From Gammaproteobacteria bacterium (GTDB taxonomy: Bacteria; Pseudomonadota; Gammaproteobacteria; UBA4575): DNA of 15,971 bases. The notes below the pieces were generated by a model. It did not search any database and had not been told where the DNA came from. It was given only the letters and a program-made list of their open reading frames with translations. The position numbers were made by a program, and so were the translations under genes. Positions 1 through 7,947 of this stretch are shown here, one piece after another (position 1 is the first letter of the stretch; each line of letters begins with the position of its first letter). The DNA lies in NCBI GenBank assembly GCA_965221955.1, contig CBDCTA010000024.1:1-15971 (forward strand). Reading direction: 5' to 3'.

Positions 1-639
1 ATGTGTCCAAATAATTTGGTTTAAAAAATATAAGCAGAGAGCAATAATTCCTATTGATAGCGCACTGATTACTTTTTGTTTACCTATGGCAAACACAATA
101 GTGGCACCAAAACATCCTAGTAACAAAGTCAACCAAGTTGCTCCATATGAGCCAAAAACTGGCAAAATACCTTGCAGTGGACCCGTATGATGCACATGAC
201 CAATCAACAACCAGGGAAATCCAGTGAATATCCAGCTACGCACCCATTCAAAAACAACCCATAAACATGCAAAAGCCAAAGCACTATAGATACTAATTTT
301 ATTACTTATAGAAAAATATGTAGTTAACGCTGCAACTAGCGCTGGGAAGAACGCAAGAACAATTATTAATAAACCTGCAAGAATCGCGCTTAGTAATATA
401 GGAGCATGCCCAAATTCATGGATGCTGTTAAATGTCCAAGGCACTCCAAAACCGAAAAAAAAGAGCCCAAAAACAAAACCACATAACAATGCGGCACGAG
501 CAGTTTGATTTGCAATAACTATGTATAAAACTGTTGGACAAATAAACGTTAACCACCAATAAGAAAAAGGCGCATAGGCGCATACTAAAACTGCCCCTGA
601 AATAGCAAGCAAAAGTAATTTAAAAATCAATACTGGCAT
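1..639 (-). CDS. lnt: Apolipoprotein N-acyltransferase, N-terminal 213 codons (runs off the left edge; missing from the ORF track)
   Basis: Manual translation from ATG at 639 (immediately preceded by in-frame TAA): MPVLIFKLLLLAISGAVLVCAYAPFSYWWL...FGVPWTFNSIHEFGHAP...WVVFEWVRSWIFTGFPWLLIGH...LPVFGSYG. These are typical Lnt membrane-domain motifs, in the canonical position after corC. Confidence 0.95.
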   Translation of the reverse strand, partial: MPVLIFKLLLLAISGAVLVCAYAPFSYWWLTFICPTVLYIVIANQTARAALLCGFVFGLFFFGFGVPWTFNSIHEFGHAPILLSAILAGLLIIVLAFFPALVAALTTYFSISNKISIYSALAFACLWVVFEWVRSWIFTGFPWLLIGHVHHTGPLQGILPVFGSYGATWLTLLLGCFGATIVFAIGKQKVISALSIGIIALCLYFLNQIIWTH

Positions 640-656
640 TTAATGTCTTGCACGAA

Positions 657-675
657 TTGCTTATTGGATAAGCAA
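657..675. other. Perfect 8-bp inverted repeat (hairpin) in the corC-lnt spacer
   Basis: TTGCTTAT(657-664)-TGG-ATAAGCAA(668-675), extendable by AA/TT across a 1-nt bulge (655-678). No U-tract follows on the minus strand, so the function is unassigned. Confidence 0.5.
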
Positions 676-686
676 ATTGGATTTAT

Positions 687-1526
687 TTAGTTATGGTGAG
701 ATACGTTTAGTAAATGTAATCTTCTTCTGTCTGCGCGTAATACTTCGATTTGAAAATTGTCGAATTCAATTTTTTCACCTTTTTTTGGCAAGTGGCCAAA
801 TTTACTCAAAACCAAACCGCCAAATGTTTCAAAATCACTATCACTATATTGAGTTGAAAAGAATTCATTGAAATCCTCGATTGGTGTCAATGCTTTTACT
901 CCAAAATGGCCTTTGGAATGCTCAAAGATATAACGATCTTCTTCAGTGTCATGCTCATCAGTAATTTCACCAACAATCTGCTCCAATACATCTTCAATGG
1001 TAACCAAGCCCGATACACTACTGTATTCGTCTACGACGATAGCCATATGATTTCGTCCGTCTTTAAACTCATTTAATAGAGTGTTCACACGCTTGGACTC
1101 AGGCACTACCACCGCAGGCCGCAATACATCATCTAAGTTAAACTCTTCTTGTTTGCCTTCAATAAAAAATCGCAACAGATCTTTTGCTAATAAAATTCCC
1201 AACACTTCATCACGACTATCTCCAATTACAGGAAATCTTGAATGCGCCGAATCGATAATTAATGGCAACATATCTTGAAGCGTTGCACCTTCTCGCACGA
1301 CTACCATTTGAGAACGCGGAATCATAATATTTTTTACTTGAATTTTTGAAACCTGAAATGCACCCTCTATCATCTCAAGTATGTCTTTACTTAAGATATT
1401 ATTTTTTTCTGCATTCCTTAGCAGCTGCACTATTTGTTCATGATTTTGTGGGGCACCATTTAACAGTAACTTTATAGAAGCCACCAAACCTAAACCCGTG
1501 GAACTAGTTTCGTTATTATTTTTCAT
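687..1526 (-). CDS. corC: CorC/YbeX Mg2+/Co2+ transport-associated protein (tandem CBS + CorC_HlyC domain)
   Basis: MIPRSQM, SAHSRFPV, GILLAKDLL, VPESK, HMAIVVDEYSSVSGLVTIEDVLEQIVGEITDEHD, ETFGGLV motifs; lies between ybeY and lnt. Confidence 0.95.
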   Translation of the reverse strand: MKNNNETSSTGLGLVASIKLLLNGAPQNHEQIVQLLRNAEKNNILSKDILEMIEGAFQVSKIQVKNIMIPRSQMVVVREGATLQDMLPLIIDSAHSRFPVIGDSRDEVLGILLAKDLLRFFIEGKQEEFNLDDVLRPAVVVPESKRVNTLLNEFKDGRNHMAIVVDEYSSVSGLVTIEDVLEQIVGEITDEHDTEEDRYIFEHSKGHFGVKALTPIEDFNEFFSTQYSDSDFETFGGLVLSKFGHLPKKGEKIEFDNFQIEVLRADRRRLHLLNVSHHN

Positions 1527-1532
1527 CTTCAG

Positions 1533-1982
1533 TTACGCTGGCTCATATGGATTTGGAACATTCAAATCTTGTAGAATTTTAATTTCCATAGCTTCCATTT
1601 CTTTTGTATCTGAATCATTCTCATGATCAAATCCTTGTAAATGCAGTATTCCGTGCACAAGCAAGTGTGCCCAATGATCATTCAATTGCTTACGTTGTTC
1701 TTGCGCCTCACGACTCACTATTGGCGCACAAATTACTATATCTCCAAGAAAGTTTATATTTAACTGAGTAGGAAGTTCTGCTGGAAAGGACAAAATATTA
1801 GTAGCTTTATCAATTTTTCGATATTGCTTATTCAGCTCTTTAGCTTCTGATTCATCCACTATCCTTAAACATGCACTCGTCTCAGATTTATACGGTATAG
1901 ATTGAACCCAATACTCAAGCTCCGACTTTTTAGGTATATCTAAACTTTTAGAAACAATTTGCACATCCAAATGAATGCCCAT
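1533..1982 (-). CDS. ybeY: rRNA maturation endoribonuclease YbeY
   Basis: LNKQYR, TNILSFP, LGDIVIC and the metal-binding HGILHLQGFDH (H-x3-H-x5-H) motif; synteny. Confidence 0.97.
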   Translation of the reverse strand: MGIHLDVQIVSKSLDIPKKSELEYWVQSIPYKSETSACLRIVDESEAKELNKQYRKIDKATNILSFPAELPTQLNINFLGDIVICAPIVSREAQEQRKQLNDHWAHLLVHGILHLQGFDHENDSDTKEMEAMEIKILQDLNVPNPYEPA

Positions 1983-1995
1983 TAGACTAATTTTA

Positions 1996-2961
1996 CTACT
2001 CTTTTGAATTATTGGTGTAAGCTTGGATAATTTTTTTTACCAAGGGGTGTCTGACTACGTCTTTAGCCTGAAAATTGCAAAATGCAATGCCTTCAGTATT
2101 GTGTAGTATACGTAATACGTGCTTTAACCCTGATTCCTTTGCGTTCGGTAGATCAATTTGGGTTACGTCACCAGTAATAATCGCTTTCGAGCCAAACCCA
2201 ATTCGTGTAAGAAACATTTTCATCTGTTCAACAGTTGTGTTTTGCGCTTCATCCAAAATAATAAAAGCATCATTCAAAGTTCTTCCACGCATATAAGCCA
2301 GTGGAGCAATTTCTATAACATTTCTATCCACTAATTTACTTACCTTTTCAAAACCCATCATTTCATAAAGTGCGTCATACATAGGTCTTAAATAGGGGTC
2401 AATTTTTTGCGCTAAATCCCCAGGTAAAAACCCCAGCCTTTCACCTGCCTCCACCGCGGGCCTTACCAACACAAGCTTACGGATACGATCTCTTTCTAAA
2501 GCCTCAACAGCACAAGCCACGGCCAAATAGGTTTTGCCTGTGCCTGCCGGACCAACCCCAAATACTAAATCGTTTTCTTCAATGGCACTAATATATTTCT
2601 CTTGATTCTCGCCTCTTGCCTTAATGACCGAGCGTTTTGTATGTACAGTGGCTCTACTGGAGTTAACACTGCGTTCTGCGCTTTGGGCTAATTCAGACTC
2701 TTGCAGATGGAGGTGCACATCAGACATAGAAAGAGTATTTAATTCAGTGGAATCATACAGTTCTTTAAGCACTTCAGCTGCAGCATTTGCGGCCTTAGCT
2801 TCACCTCGTATTGAAAATGTATTACCTCGGTTATTGATCTCAATACCCAGTCTCTTTTCCATTTGACTGAGGTGCTCGTTTAAAGGCCCACACAAATTAG
2901 CAAGTCTTGGGTTATCGGCAGGTTCCAGCACGACGTCTATTGAATAGATTTCAGCTGACAA
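1996..2961 (-). CDS. ybeZ: PhoH-family ATPase (YbeZ)
   Basis: Walker A GPAGTGKT, RPAVEAGERLGFLPGD, APLAYMRGRT, DEAQN, GDVTQIDL. TTG start 9 nt after AAAGGA, which overlaps the miaB stop. Confidence 0.96.
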   Translation of the reverse strand: MSAEIYSIDVVLEPADNPRLANLCGPLNEHLSQMEKRLGIEINNRGNTFSIRGEAKAANAAAEVLKELYDSTELNTLSMSDVHLHLQESELAQSAERSVNSSRATVHTKRSVIKARGENQEKYISAIEENDLVFGVGPAGTGKTYLAVACAVEALERDRIRKLVLVRPAVEAGERLGFLPGDLAQKIDPYLRPMYDALYEMMGFEKVSKLVDRNVIEIAPLAYMRGRTLNDAFIILDEAQNTTVEQMKMFLTRIGFGSKAIITGDVTQIDLPNAKESGLKHVLRILHNTEGIAFCNFQAKDVVRHPLVKKIIQAYTNNSKE

Positions 2962-2974
2962 GTACTAAAATCCT

Positions 2975-3898
2975 TTAGTGTAAGGTTTCAAGATAGATAC
3001 CACGTAGAGAGTTAGAAAACACTTCAGAAATTTTAAGCCGCACAAATTTCCCTATGACATGATCTTTTACTTCTTGGGGCACTGAAAAATTTACAACCCG
3101 ATTATTCTCTGTTCGCCCAGAATATTCTTGGTCTGATTTTTTAGACAATCCTTCGACTAATACGGTTTGATTAGTATTTAACATTGCATTGGAATACTCA
3201 GTAGACATTTTATTTATTAATTGCTGCAAACGTTGTAATCGTTGTTTTTTTATTTCTAGTCCAACATCATCTTCATAAGAAGCTGCAGGTGTTCCAGGGC
3301 GACGGCTGTAAATAAAACTAAATGATTGATCGAAGCCAATTTCTTCAACAAACTTCAACGTATCCTCAAAATCTTCGTCTGTTTCACCAGGAAAACCAAC
3401 AATAAAATCAGAAGAAATGCTGATGTCAGGACGATGCTCACGTAATTTGCGAACAATAGACTTAAATTCCAACGCCGTATGACCACGTTTCATCGCAGAA
3501 AGCACACGATCCGCACCGCTTTGCACAGGCAAATGCACATGATTTACTAACTCAAGTACTTCCGCATAAGCATCAATAAGATTATCTGAAAATTCAATAG
3601 GGTGAGAACTTGTATAACGTATTCGCTCTATACCATTTACCTTACTCACAAAATAAATAAGTAAAGAAAAATCAACGACATCACCAGCCTCATCTAGACC
3701 ACGATACCCATTTACATTTTGACCTAATAAAGTTATTTCACGCACACCTTGTTCTGCAAGCAATTCGACCTCTTTCATCACAGCTACTAATGGTCGACTA
3801 AATTCTTCTCCTCTTGTATAAGGTACTACACAATAAGTGCAATACTTACTACAGCCCTCCATAATTGAAACAAAAGCCGTAGGCCCACCCGCTTTAGG
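2975..3898 (-). CDS. miaB: miaB 3' segment: radical SAM and TRAM domains
   Basis: CSKYCTYC (CxxxCxxC), [47 protein letters not shown]-like VLVEG...GRTENN. The first 16 codons of the track ORF (3946-3899) are not MiaB-like. Confidence 0.93.
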   Translation of the reverse strand, partial: PKAGGPTAFVSIMEGCSKYCTYCVVPYTRGEEFSRPLVAVMKEVELLAEQGVREITLLGQNVNGYRGLDEAGDVVDFSLLIYFVSKVNGIERIRYTSSHPIEFSDNLIDAYAEVLELVNHVHLPVQSGADRVLSAMKRGHTALEFKSIVRKLREHRPDISISSDFIVGFPGETDEDFEDTLKFVEEIGFDQSFSFIYSRRPGTPAASYEDDVGLEIKKQRLQRLQQLINKMSTEYSNAMLNTNQTVLVEGLSKKSDQEYSGRTENNRVVNFSVPQEVKDHVIGKFVRLKISEVFSNSLRGIYLETLH

Positions 3899-4319
3899 GC
3901 TCCGGCAAGCAATCAAATTTCTCAATTTCAGGAAAACTAATATCAACTACAGCTTTTTTATTTTTTTGTGCTTGCTCAAATAATTCTGGCAATCGATGAA
4001 TCGTTTGCGGACCAAACACCACATCTACTTGTCTTGAACGTTTCACTAATTCCTCACCTTCTTGACTAGCAACACATCCACCCACACCTATTAATAAGTT
4101 AGGATTTTTTTCTTTTAAAGAACGCCATTGACCTAGCTGCGAAAAAACTTTTTCTTGTGCTTTCTCACGTATCGAACACGTATTCAATAACAACACATCT
4201 GCCTCAGAAATTTCTTGAGTTACGTGCATCCCACAATCATGACTGAGTACATCCAGCATCTTTTCAGAATCATACTCATTCATCTGACATCCTTGTGTCT
4301 TTATAAATACTTTTTGCAT
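3894..4319 (-). CDS. miaB: miaB 5' segment: UPF0004 N-terminal domain (141 aa)
   Basis: [32 protein letters not shown] (three Cys ligands of the auxiliary Fe-S cluster), [12 protein letters not shown] 4319 is preferred over the track's TTG 4343. Confidence 0.93.
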   Translation of the reverse strand: MQKVFIKTQGCQMNEYDSEKMLDVLSHDCGMHVTQEISEADVLLLNTCSIREKAQEKVFSQLGQWRSLKEKNPNLLIGVGGCVASQEGEELVKRSRQVDVVFGPQTIHRLPELFEQAQKNKKAVVDISFPEIEKFDCLPEP

Positions 4320-4320
4320 T

Positions 4321-5724
4321 TTAGTATGCGTTTTTATGCACAAATCCCTTAAAAATTGTAAGAAAAAGAATTTTCAGATCCAGCCAAAGAGACCAGTTTT
4401 CAATATAGTATATATCGTACTCGACACGTTTTTTCATCTTCTCTACTGTATTTGTCTCTCCTCTATAACCATTTATTTGCGCCCACCCTGTAATTCCAGG
4501 TTTGACCTTATGTCGTAGCATATACTGATCAATTTTCTCCCTATAATCCAAATTATGCTCAATAGCATGAGGACGAGGACCAACCAAAGACATTCGCCCT
4601 TGTAAAACATTAAATAGCTGTGGTAATTCATCTAAGCTCGTTCTTCTCAAAAACTTACCCAATCTCGTAACACGCGGATCATCCAGCTCTGCTTGAGTTA
4701 CCATTCCCTCGCTTTCACCATGCTCACTCATAGTACGAAACTTATATATATTTATTTTTCTACCATCCCAACCATGACGTTTCTGTTTGAATAAAATTGG
4801 CCCTTTCGAGCTTAGCTTTACACATAACCCGATCAATAACATCAGCGGGAAAAATACTACAAACAAAGCTAAAGATATAACTCGATCTTCTAAAAACTTA
4901 ATAAATTTATTCGTTCCCACCATAGGAGAAACAGACAAATCAATCACTGGATAACCAACAATTTCAGTAATAGAATGGTTAAAAAGATTCAAACCAAAAA
5001 TATCTGGAACGTAGCGGATATCAACTGTACTCAACCTAAGTTCATTTAATATACGTTTTACAACCTCTTCCTCCTTCAACGGCATCACAATCCACACTTG
5101 GTCAATATTATTTTCTTCCACATATTCAAAAATTGAATCAATATCTCCAAGAACCGGATGCCCCATTTGTGTATCACCTGGGTCGTAGTCTTTAATAAAA
5201 ACACCTTTTAAGTTAAATCCTGCCCAAGCCTCATTTTTTATCTTAGAGGCAATATCCTCAGACAAACTATTATTTCCTACCATTACAATGTCACGTACAT
5301 TCAGCCCTTTTTCACGCATCCAACCCAAAGTGCTTCTGCCAAGTATCCTAGATATTACAAGAGCAACCCACGATAAAACTGACCAACTTACCATCCATAC
5401 CCGAGAAAATTCCTCACTAGTTTTTGTAAGAACTGAAATGCCAAGCAACAAGAGAGTTACAACAAGCCATGCAAAACTTAATGTCCTAATTTCTTCTAGT
5501 AACGAGGCCCCTCTCCAAGCCTGATATAATGAAAAATATGGGAAAATTGTATATACAGAAATCACCGCAAGAACAAGAGCAAAAATATAATATTCTGGTA
5601 GCGGCCAATAAGCTGGATAGAATGCATATGAGATCAAGGCGCTCATAAGCACTATAGCCCAATCCAAAAGCCTATGCATAAAAGTTACTGCACTTGAGTG
5701 TTCTTTTAATAACCCTTTTTGCAT
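4321..5724 (-). CDS. wcaJ: Undecaprenyl-phosphate glucose phosphotransferase (priming phosphoglycosyltransferase, WcaJ type)
   Basis: Four N-terminal TM segments, a central cytoplasmic domain, and C-terminal motifs [57 protein letters not shown], ending KGFVHKNAY. Confidence 0.9.
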   Translation of the reverse strand: MQKGLLKEHSSAVTFMHRLLDWAIVLMSALISYAFYPAYWPLPEYYIFALVLAVISVYTIFPYFSLYQAWRGASLLEEIRTLSFAWLVVTLLLLGISVLTKTSEEFSRVWMVSWSVLSWVALVISRILGRSTLGWMREKGLNVRDIVMVGNNSLSEDIASKIKNEAWAGFNLKGVFIKDYDPGDTQMGHPVLGDIDSIFEYVEENNIDQVWIVMPLKEEEVVKRILNELRLSTVDIRYVPDIFGLNLFNHSITEIVGYPVIDLSVSPMVGTNKFIKFLEDRVISLALFVVFFPLMLLIGLCVKLSSKGPILFKQKRHGWDGRKINIYKFRTMSEHGESEGMVTQAELDDPRVTRLGKFLRRTSLDELPQLFNVLQGRMSLVGPRPHAIEHNLDYREKIDQYMLRHKVKPGITGWAQINGYRGETNTVEKMKKRVEYDIYYIENWSLWLDLKILFLTIFKGFVHKNAY

Positions 5725-5737
5725 AATAATAGCTAAT

Positions 5738-6223
5738 TTAATTATCTATAAAATTTTTAATATAGGTTAATAATTTTTTACAATCTTCAGGAGCTTTAAA
5801 AGTATAATTTTTTATAATGTCATGATAATCCCAATTATCTAATATATTTATAAGATCATATTCTGACTTTGCAATTGCAACATTTGAGTAATCAGAAAAT
5901 ATTTCAACACCATCAACTTGGTGGTTATTACGGTGTTCGCCATATTTTTCACACCTTGGCATAGCGATTATCGGTTTATTTTGCTTTATGCACGAAAGAA
6001 TTGTTCCTATCCCCAAATGGCTAATCACTAAATCTGCATCTTTTATATATTTGTTATAATCGCTTAACAATATCTTTTTTTTCCAAAGTAAATTATTCGG
6101 TTCATATGTTGTCTCACCTATCTGAGCTACCACCTCGCACTCTACTTGAGATGATGCCCATTGATCGACTGTTCTAACTAATCGATCAAAAGGTTTTTGC
6201 GTACCAACAGTAATAAAAATCAA
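5738..6223 (-). CDS. pssE: PssE/Cps14G/Alg13-like glycosyltransferase (nucleotide-sugar-binding half of a two-subunit GT28-like enzyme)
   Basis: MIFITVGTQKPFDRLV, AQIG, VISHLGIGTI, MPR...GEHRNNHQ. The TTG start overlaps the pssD TGA (TTGA). Confidence 0.88.
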   Translation of the reverse strand: MIFITVGTQKPFDRLVRTVDQWASSQVECEVVAQIGETTYEPNNLLWKKKILLSDYNKYIKDADLVISHLGIGTILSCIKQNKPIIAMPRCEKYGEHRNNHQVDGVEIFSDYSNVAIAKSEYDLINILDNWDYHDIIKNYTFKAPEDCKKLLTYIKNFIDN

Positions 6224-6666
6224 ATTAATTTACCCACATAGCGTGCCCCACAATTTTGAGCTAGAGTCTTACTCTGGGTCAGCCACAAATCACAAAAAGG
6301 CTTTGCAATTCGTGCTGATAATGACATTTTTTTCACATTTGCCATGCTATCCAGCCAAATAGTTTTCTTGCCGGCTAGTTTTGCAAAAATTATCGCAATA
6401 ACACCAACAGCTGCACCCGTTGAAATCACAACATCGGGCTTTATTCTCATAAGTAATTTAAACGACTGAAATGCCAATTTTAGCATTTTCAGCAATTCAT
6501 CTTTATTTGCATCAGTAACAACATAGAATGCACTATCCGCTACATCAGTTTTATAATTATTAGAAACAGTTATATAAGTTGTATTATATTCTAATAGTAT
6601 TGGTGTAAGCATCATTAGCTCCGCCCAGTGCCCTCCTCCCGACGATATTGCAATAAGCTTTTTTAT
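6220..6666 (-). CDS. pssD: PssD/Cps14F/Alg14-like glycosyltransferase subunit; start extended to ATA at 6666
   Basis: The frame upstream of the track ATG (6615) encodes KKLIAISSGGGHWAEL, the family N-terminal motif; then PDVVISTGAA, WLDSMAN, SLSA, LTQ. The start position is uncertain because there is no ATG/GTG/TTG between TAA 6690-6688 and 6615. Confidence 0.85.
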   Translation of the reverse strand: MKKLIAISSGGGHWAELMMLTPILLEYNTTYITVSNNYKTDVADSAFYVVTDANKDELLKMLKLAFQSFKLLMRIKPDVVISTGAAVGVIAIIFAKLAGKKTIWLDSMANVKKMSLSARIAKPFCDLWLTQSKTLAQNCGARYVGKLI

Positions 6667-6674
6667 AACATTAA

Positions 6675-6680
6675 TCCTTT
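6675..6680 (-). promoter_or_regulatory. Putative Shine-Dalgarno AAAGGA for pssD
   Basis: AAAGGA-TTAATGTT-ATA (8-nt spacer). The same hexamer precedes the ybeZ TTG with a 9-nt spacer. Confidence 0.55.
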
Positions 6681-6687
6681 TATTTTC

Positions 6688-6714
6688 TTACAAAAACAAA
6701 AATTTTCTAAGCAT
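6688..6714 (-). other. Putative 8-codon uORF MLRKFLFL*, in frame with pssD
   Basis: ATG CTT AGA AAA TTT TTG TTT TTG TAA, starting 4 nt after the upstream GT4 stop (6721-6719). Translation is unproven. Confidence 0.3.
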
Positions 6715-6718
6715 AAAT

Positions 6719-7903
6719 TTATGTTGTCAATAATTTCGAATATATTACTGAGTATTTTTCAGCCATCATCTTCAAAGTATATCGTTTCTCATATAATTTA
6801 TATGCGTTCTGTACTATTTTGACAGTCTTGCTCCAATTAATATATGCATCGTGTATAGCCTTTGCCAAATTTTCAGGATTTTCTGGTATAAACAATACAC
6901 CAGTTTTTTCATTATCAATGACCTCTTTCATTCCACCGACAGCAGAAGCAACCACCAGACGTTTTCTTGAAAAAGCCTCTATTGGTTTTAAACCGACTAC
7001 TAAATTTGTCACATCTACATCACAACGAGGTAATACAATGAAATGAAATTTTTTATACCACTTGATAGTTTCTTTTGGAGGTACTTTGCCAACAAACGTA
7101 ACGTATTCTGACAGCTTAAGCTCTTTCACAAGCTGTTCTAATGAATATTTCTCAGACCCTATACCTATTATATATGTGTGAAATTTTACTTCTTTCTCAA
7201 TTAAAGCTGGCAAAGCCTTAATCAAGTATTCGAGGCCCTCATATTGAACTAATGACCCAATGTATCCCAAATTTAAATTTTGCACACGCTCTTCAGGGAA
7301 TACTAGATCAAACGGTGAATTATCAACAGCGTTATATACAATCGAACAACTGTTTGTAACAGAATAATGTTCTTTTAAACCTTGCGAGATATAAACAACA
7401 TAATTAGCCAACCAAATTGACAGCTTTTCAAAGTTCTTGAATAACCATGCTTGTATTTTTTGAAATTTTCCAGGATGGATATCTTGGTCCCATGCCGACC
7501 TTACTTCGTAAATAAGTGGTATTTTATTTTTTTTACAAACATACCAACTAGAAAGTGCAGCAAAAAAGGTTGAATGAGCATGTAGTATATTTGGATGCTC
7601 TGACTGAACGATCTTATCCAGTTCTTTTGTAAAATATAGAATTGAAAAAAATTTTCTTATCTTATTGAACCAAGAATATGCATTAGAGTATCCTGTCTGT
7701 ATCCCATCGTTACAAGTTCTAAAGTATTTAACTCCTTCATAATACTCAGTTACCTCGCCTTTATTTATAGATTCTTGAAATGGTGCACTAACAACAAATG
7801 AGTCAATATCATTTATTTCGCAACAAGACAATACTTGGTTTGTTCTCATGACAGAGCCACTTTGAGTTGGGTATGTCTGGTATGCCACATGACAGACTTT
7901 CAT
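6719..7903 (-). CDS. GT4 glycosyltransferase resembling the exosortase A/PEP-CTERM-associated Daro_2409 family
   Basis: P-x2-SG-x2-RT N-terminus, GVKYFRT, PNILHAHS, IPLIYEVRSAWD, GYIGSLVQYEGL, LKPIEA...ASAVGGMKEVI...TG (GT-B C-terminal motif). The subfamily call is from recalled motif similarity. Confidence 0.88.
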   Translation of the reverse strand: MKVCHVAYQTYPTQSGSVMRTNQVLSCCEINDIDSFVVSAPFQESINKGEVTEYYEGVKYFRTCNDGIQTGYSNAYSWFNKIRKFFSILYFTKELDKIVQSEHPNILHAHSTFFAALSSWYVCKKNKIPLIYEVRSAWDQDIHPGKFQKIQAWLFKNFEKLSIWLANYVVYISQGLKEHYSVTNSCSIVYNAVDNSPFDLVFPEERVQNLNLGYIGSLVQYEGLEYLIKALPALIEKEVKFHTYIIGIGSEKYSLEQLVKELKLSEYVTFVGKVPPKETIKWYKKFHFIVLPRCDVDVTNLVVGLKPIEAFSRKRLVVASAVGGMKEVIDNEKTGVLFIPENPENLAKAIHDAYINWSKTVKIVQNAYKLYEKRYTLKMMAEKYSVIYSKLLTT

Positions 7904-7947
7904 TTTATCAGTTCCAAAAAATCATAACCATCAAGAAAAAAATTATT

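Larger units (their letters stand above)
2975..4319 (-). pseudogene. miaB: miaB, tRNA-i6A37 methylthiotransferase, frameshifted as sequenced (+1 base at 3897-3899); restored product 447 aa. May be recoded or a sequencing error rather than a true pseudogene
   Basis: Two overlapping ORFs join into one full MiaB if one C is removed from GAG CCC TAA AGC, giving GAG CCT AAA GCG and ...[28 protein letters not shown].... No other lesions are visible. Confidence 0.9.

Noticed and set aside
3873-3895. AAAGC...GCTTT pairing as a 3' frameshift stimulator
   Set aside because: Only 5 bp, and it overlaps the stop codon, so it would lie inside the ribosome.
3899-3946. Independent TTG start (3946) for the miaB C-terminal ORF, or an earlier +1 shift at AGT TTT CCT
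   Set aside because: Either would give the non-homologous [11 protein letters not shown] in place of the conserved FPEIEKFD linker encoded in the zero frame, and there is no SD.
4320-4343. Track's TTG start for miaB (MCIKTHTK extension)
   Set aside because: It overlaps wcaJ and sits too close to AAGGGA; MiaB homology begins at ATG 4319.
4350-4390. TACAAT -10-like hexamer inside the wcaJ 3' end as a miaB promoter
   Set aside because: No convincing -35 at 16-18 nt spacing and no extended -10 TG; such hexamers are common in AT-rich DNA.
677-7046. Short + strand ORFs in the track (677-871, 1081-1278, 2075-2296, 2624-2866, 4336-4518, 5288-5524, 6628-6822, 6819-7046)
   Set aside because: All are antisense shadows of well-supported minus-strand genes with no recognisable motifs.
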